From the NCBI RefSeq assembly GCF_003334785.1, contig NZ_QOWV01000090.1: a stretch of DNA of 288 nt. The stretch is one strand, 5' to 3'. Positions within the stretch are counted from its first letter, which is position 1. Every line of letters begins with the position of its first letter. Source of the stretch: Escherichia coli (lineage in GTDB: Bacteria; Pseudomonadota; Gammaproteobacteria; Enterobacterales; Enterobacteriaceae). Of the stretch, positions 1-288 are shown piece after piece. Under the pieces are notes generated by a model. The model did no database searches. It was not told the origin of the DNA and worked only from the letters and a program-made list of their open reading frames with translations. Made by a program: the position numbers and the translations under genes.

Positions 1-76
1 TGGTGGGTCGTGCAGGATTCGAACCTGCGACCAATTGATTAAAAGTCAACTGCTCTACCAACTGAGCTAACGACCC
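1..76 (-). tRNA. tRNA-Lys (anticodon UUU), complete, with genomically encoded 3' CCA
   Basis: Reverse complement of 1-76 reads GGGTCGTTAGCTCAGTTGGTAGAGCAGTTGACTTTTAATCAATTGGTCGCAGGTTCGAATCCTGCACGACCCACCA. It folds as a canonical cloverleaf: 7-bp acceptor stem GGGTCGT/ACGACCC, D-stem GCTC/GAGC, anticodon stem GTTGA/TCAAT with loop CTTTTAA (anticodon TTT, + strand 41-43 = aaa), T-stem GCAGG/CCTGC with T-loop TTCGAAT, then CCA. From memory this matches the E. coli-type tRNA-Lys encoded by the lysT/lysW/lysY/lysZ/lysQ/lysV family. Which paralog this is cannot be assigned from the window, so no symbol is given. Confidence 0.95.
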
Positions 77-110
77 ATACGGGTGTTACCTGAAAGATTT
101 TTACTCGGGG

Positions 111-127
111 CCAATCTTTAAGATTGG
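111..127. repeat. Perfect 17-nt palindrome ccaatctt-t-aagattgg, overlapping the CCA end of the tRNA fragment
   Basis: 111-118 ccaatctt is the exact reverse complement of 120-127 aagattgg, centred on t119. The right arm's tgg (125-127) is the CCA of the 18-nt fragment on the minus strand. An alternative partner for 113-119 (aatcttt) exists at 93-99 (aaagatt), giving a mutually exclusive 7-bp stem. Confidence 0.7.
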
Positions 128-142
128 TGGGTCGTGCAGGAT
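125..142 (-). repeat. 18-nt exact copy of the tRNA-Lys 3' end (3' half of T-stem, 3' acceptor strand and CCA); truncated tRNA fragment
   Basis: + strand 125-142 tggtgggtcgtgcaggat is identical to 1-18 and 223-240. Identity stops abruptly at 143: the fragment continues gactcg where the gene has tcgaac. The flanking sequence shows no further tRNA similarity (about 5 of 15 matches in the adjacent positions by eye). Confidence 0.85.
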
Positions 143-156
143 GACTCGCTTCGCTC

Positions 157-183
157 GCCCTACGGGCCGTTGCTGGCGCAACG
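157..183. repeat. Two adjacent short GC-rich hairpins: gccc-tac-gggc (157-167) and cgttgc-tggc-gcaacg (168-183)
   Basis: 157-160 gccc pairs with 164-167 gggc (3-nt loop). 168-173 cgttgc pairs with 178-183 gcaacg (4-nt loop tggc). Neither is followed by a T/U-run on either strand. Confidence 0.5.
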
Positions 184-196
184 TTATCCTTCACGC

Positions 197-219
197 TTAA
201 CATCTGAGTTTGATGTTAA
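197..219. repeat. Inverted repeat: 8-bp AT-rich stem ttaacatc/gatgttaa with a 7-nt loop, 3 nt from the 3' end of the upstream tRNA-Lys
   Basis: 197-204 ttaacatc is the reverse complement of 212-219 gatgttaa; the loop is 205-211 tgagttt. On the minus-strand transcript it follows the tRNA CCA after only GUU. No U-tract follows it, so it is not an intrinsic terminator. Confidence 0.6.
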
Positions 220-222
220 AAC

Positions 223-288
223 TGGTGGGTCGTGCAGGATTCGAACCTGCGACCAATTGATTAAAAGTCAACTGCTCTACCAACTGAG
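223..288 (-). tRNA. tRNA-Lys (anticodon UUU), partial: tRNA positions 11-76 present, 5'-most 10 nt lie beyond the window end
   Basis: + strand 223-288 is identical base-for-base to + strand 1-66. The anticodon TTT lies at + strand 263-265 (aaa). The missing 5' end would occupy 289-298 if the gene is intact. Confidence 0.93.

Larger units (their letters stand above)
77..222 (-). other. 146-bp spacer between tandem tRNA-Lys genes, probably an internal transcribed spacer of a polycistronic tRNA precursor
   Basis: Two same-strand identical tRNA genes are separated by 146 bp with no convincing promoter or terminator between them. This is the typical organisation of enterobacterial multi-tRNA operons such as lysT-valT-lysW-valZ-lysY-lysZ-lysQ. 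That the spacer is co-transcribed is inference. Confidence 0.6.

Noticed and set aside
97-124. Weak -10-like hexamer (TAAAAT on the minus strand, + strand about 97-103) upstream of the complete tRNA-Lys as a possible internal promoter
   Set aside because: There is no acceptable -35 element at 16-18 bp spacing (best candidate caatct), and tandem tRNAs in such operons are normally expressed from a single upstream promoter. It is likely a chance match in AT-rich sequence.
143-196. GC-rich segment with small palindromes, considered as a possible REP (repetitive extragenic palindromic) element
   Set aside because: It does not match the REP consensus as I recall it, and the stems are only 4-6 bp. 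It is more simply explained as ordinary spacer secondary structure.
141-200. 19-codon ORF on the + strand (ATG 141-143 to TAA 198-200), whose ATG straddles the boundary of the tRNA fragment
   Set aside because: It is too short, it is antisense to the tRNA operon, and the only purine-rich stretch (agg at 138-140) directly abuts the ATG with no spacing, so there is no functional ribosome-binding site.
39-203. 54-codon ORF on the minus strand (ATG at 203-201, stop TAA at 41-39) reading through the spacer, the tRNA fragment and into the complete tRNA-Lys
   Set aside because: There is no Shine-Dalgarno-like motif upstream of the ATG. It overlaps a tRNA gene on the same strand for about 38 nt, and an open frame of this length is expected by chance in this context. 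The tyrT-operon precedent (small Tpr peptide in a tRNA spacer repeat) was considered, but nothing here supports translation.
197-222. Possible intrinsic terminator after the upstream tRNA (hairpin near the TTTT run at 221-218 on the minus strand)
   Set aside because: On the minus-strand transcript the U-run precedes the hairpin instead of following it, and the stem is AT-rich. A complete tRNA gene follows on the same strand, consistent with read-through.
1-288. Repeat-spacer-repeat appearance (identical about 76-nt units separated by unique sequence) that could resemble a CRISPR array
   Set aside because: The repeats are complete tRNA genes with full cloverleaf structure. Unit length and spacer length (146 bp) do not fit CRISPR, and the internal 18-nt copy is a tRNA fragment, not a CRISPR repeat.

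Overview
This window is almost certainly an ordinary stretch of a tandem tRNA operon, and I see no support for a novel biological system in it. Both tRNA genes are on the minus strand and are identical over their shared length: a complete tRNA-Lys(UUU) at 1-76 and a second copy at 223-288 that is cut off by the window edge (its first 10 nt lie beyond position 288). The mature sequence matches, from memory, the enterobacterial (E. coli-type) tRNA-Lys. The 146-bp spacer between them (77-222) has no credible protein-coding gene, promoter or intrinsic terminator. The one feature worth a second look is an exact 18-nt copy of the tRNA-Lys 3' end (125-142) sitting inside the spacer, next to a perfect 17-nt palindrome (111-127). 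Several small hairpins in the spacer are plausible precursor-processing structures. Nothing here was computed or searched; all claims come from reading the sequence by eye.
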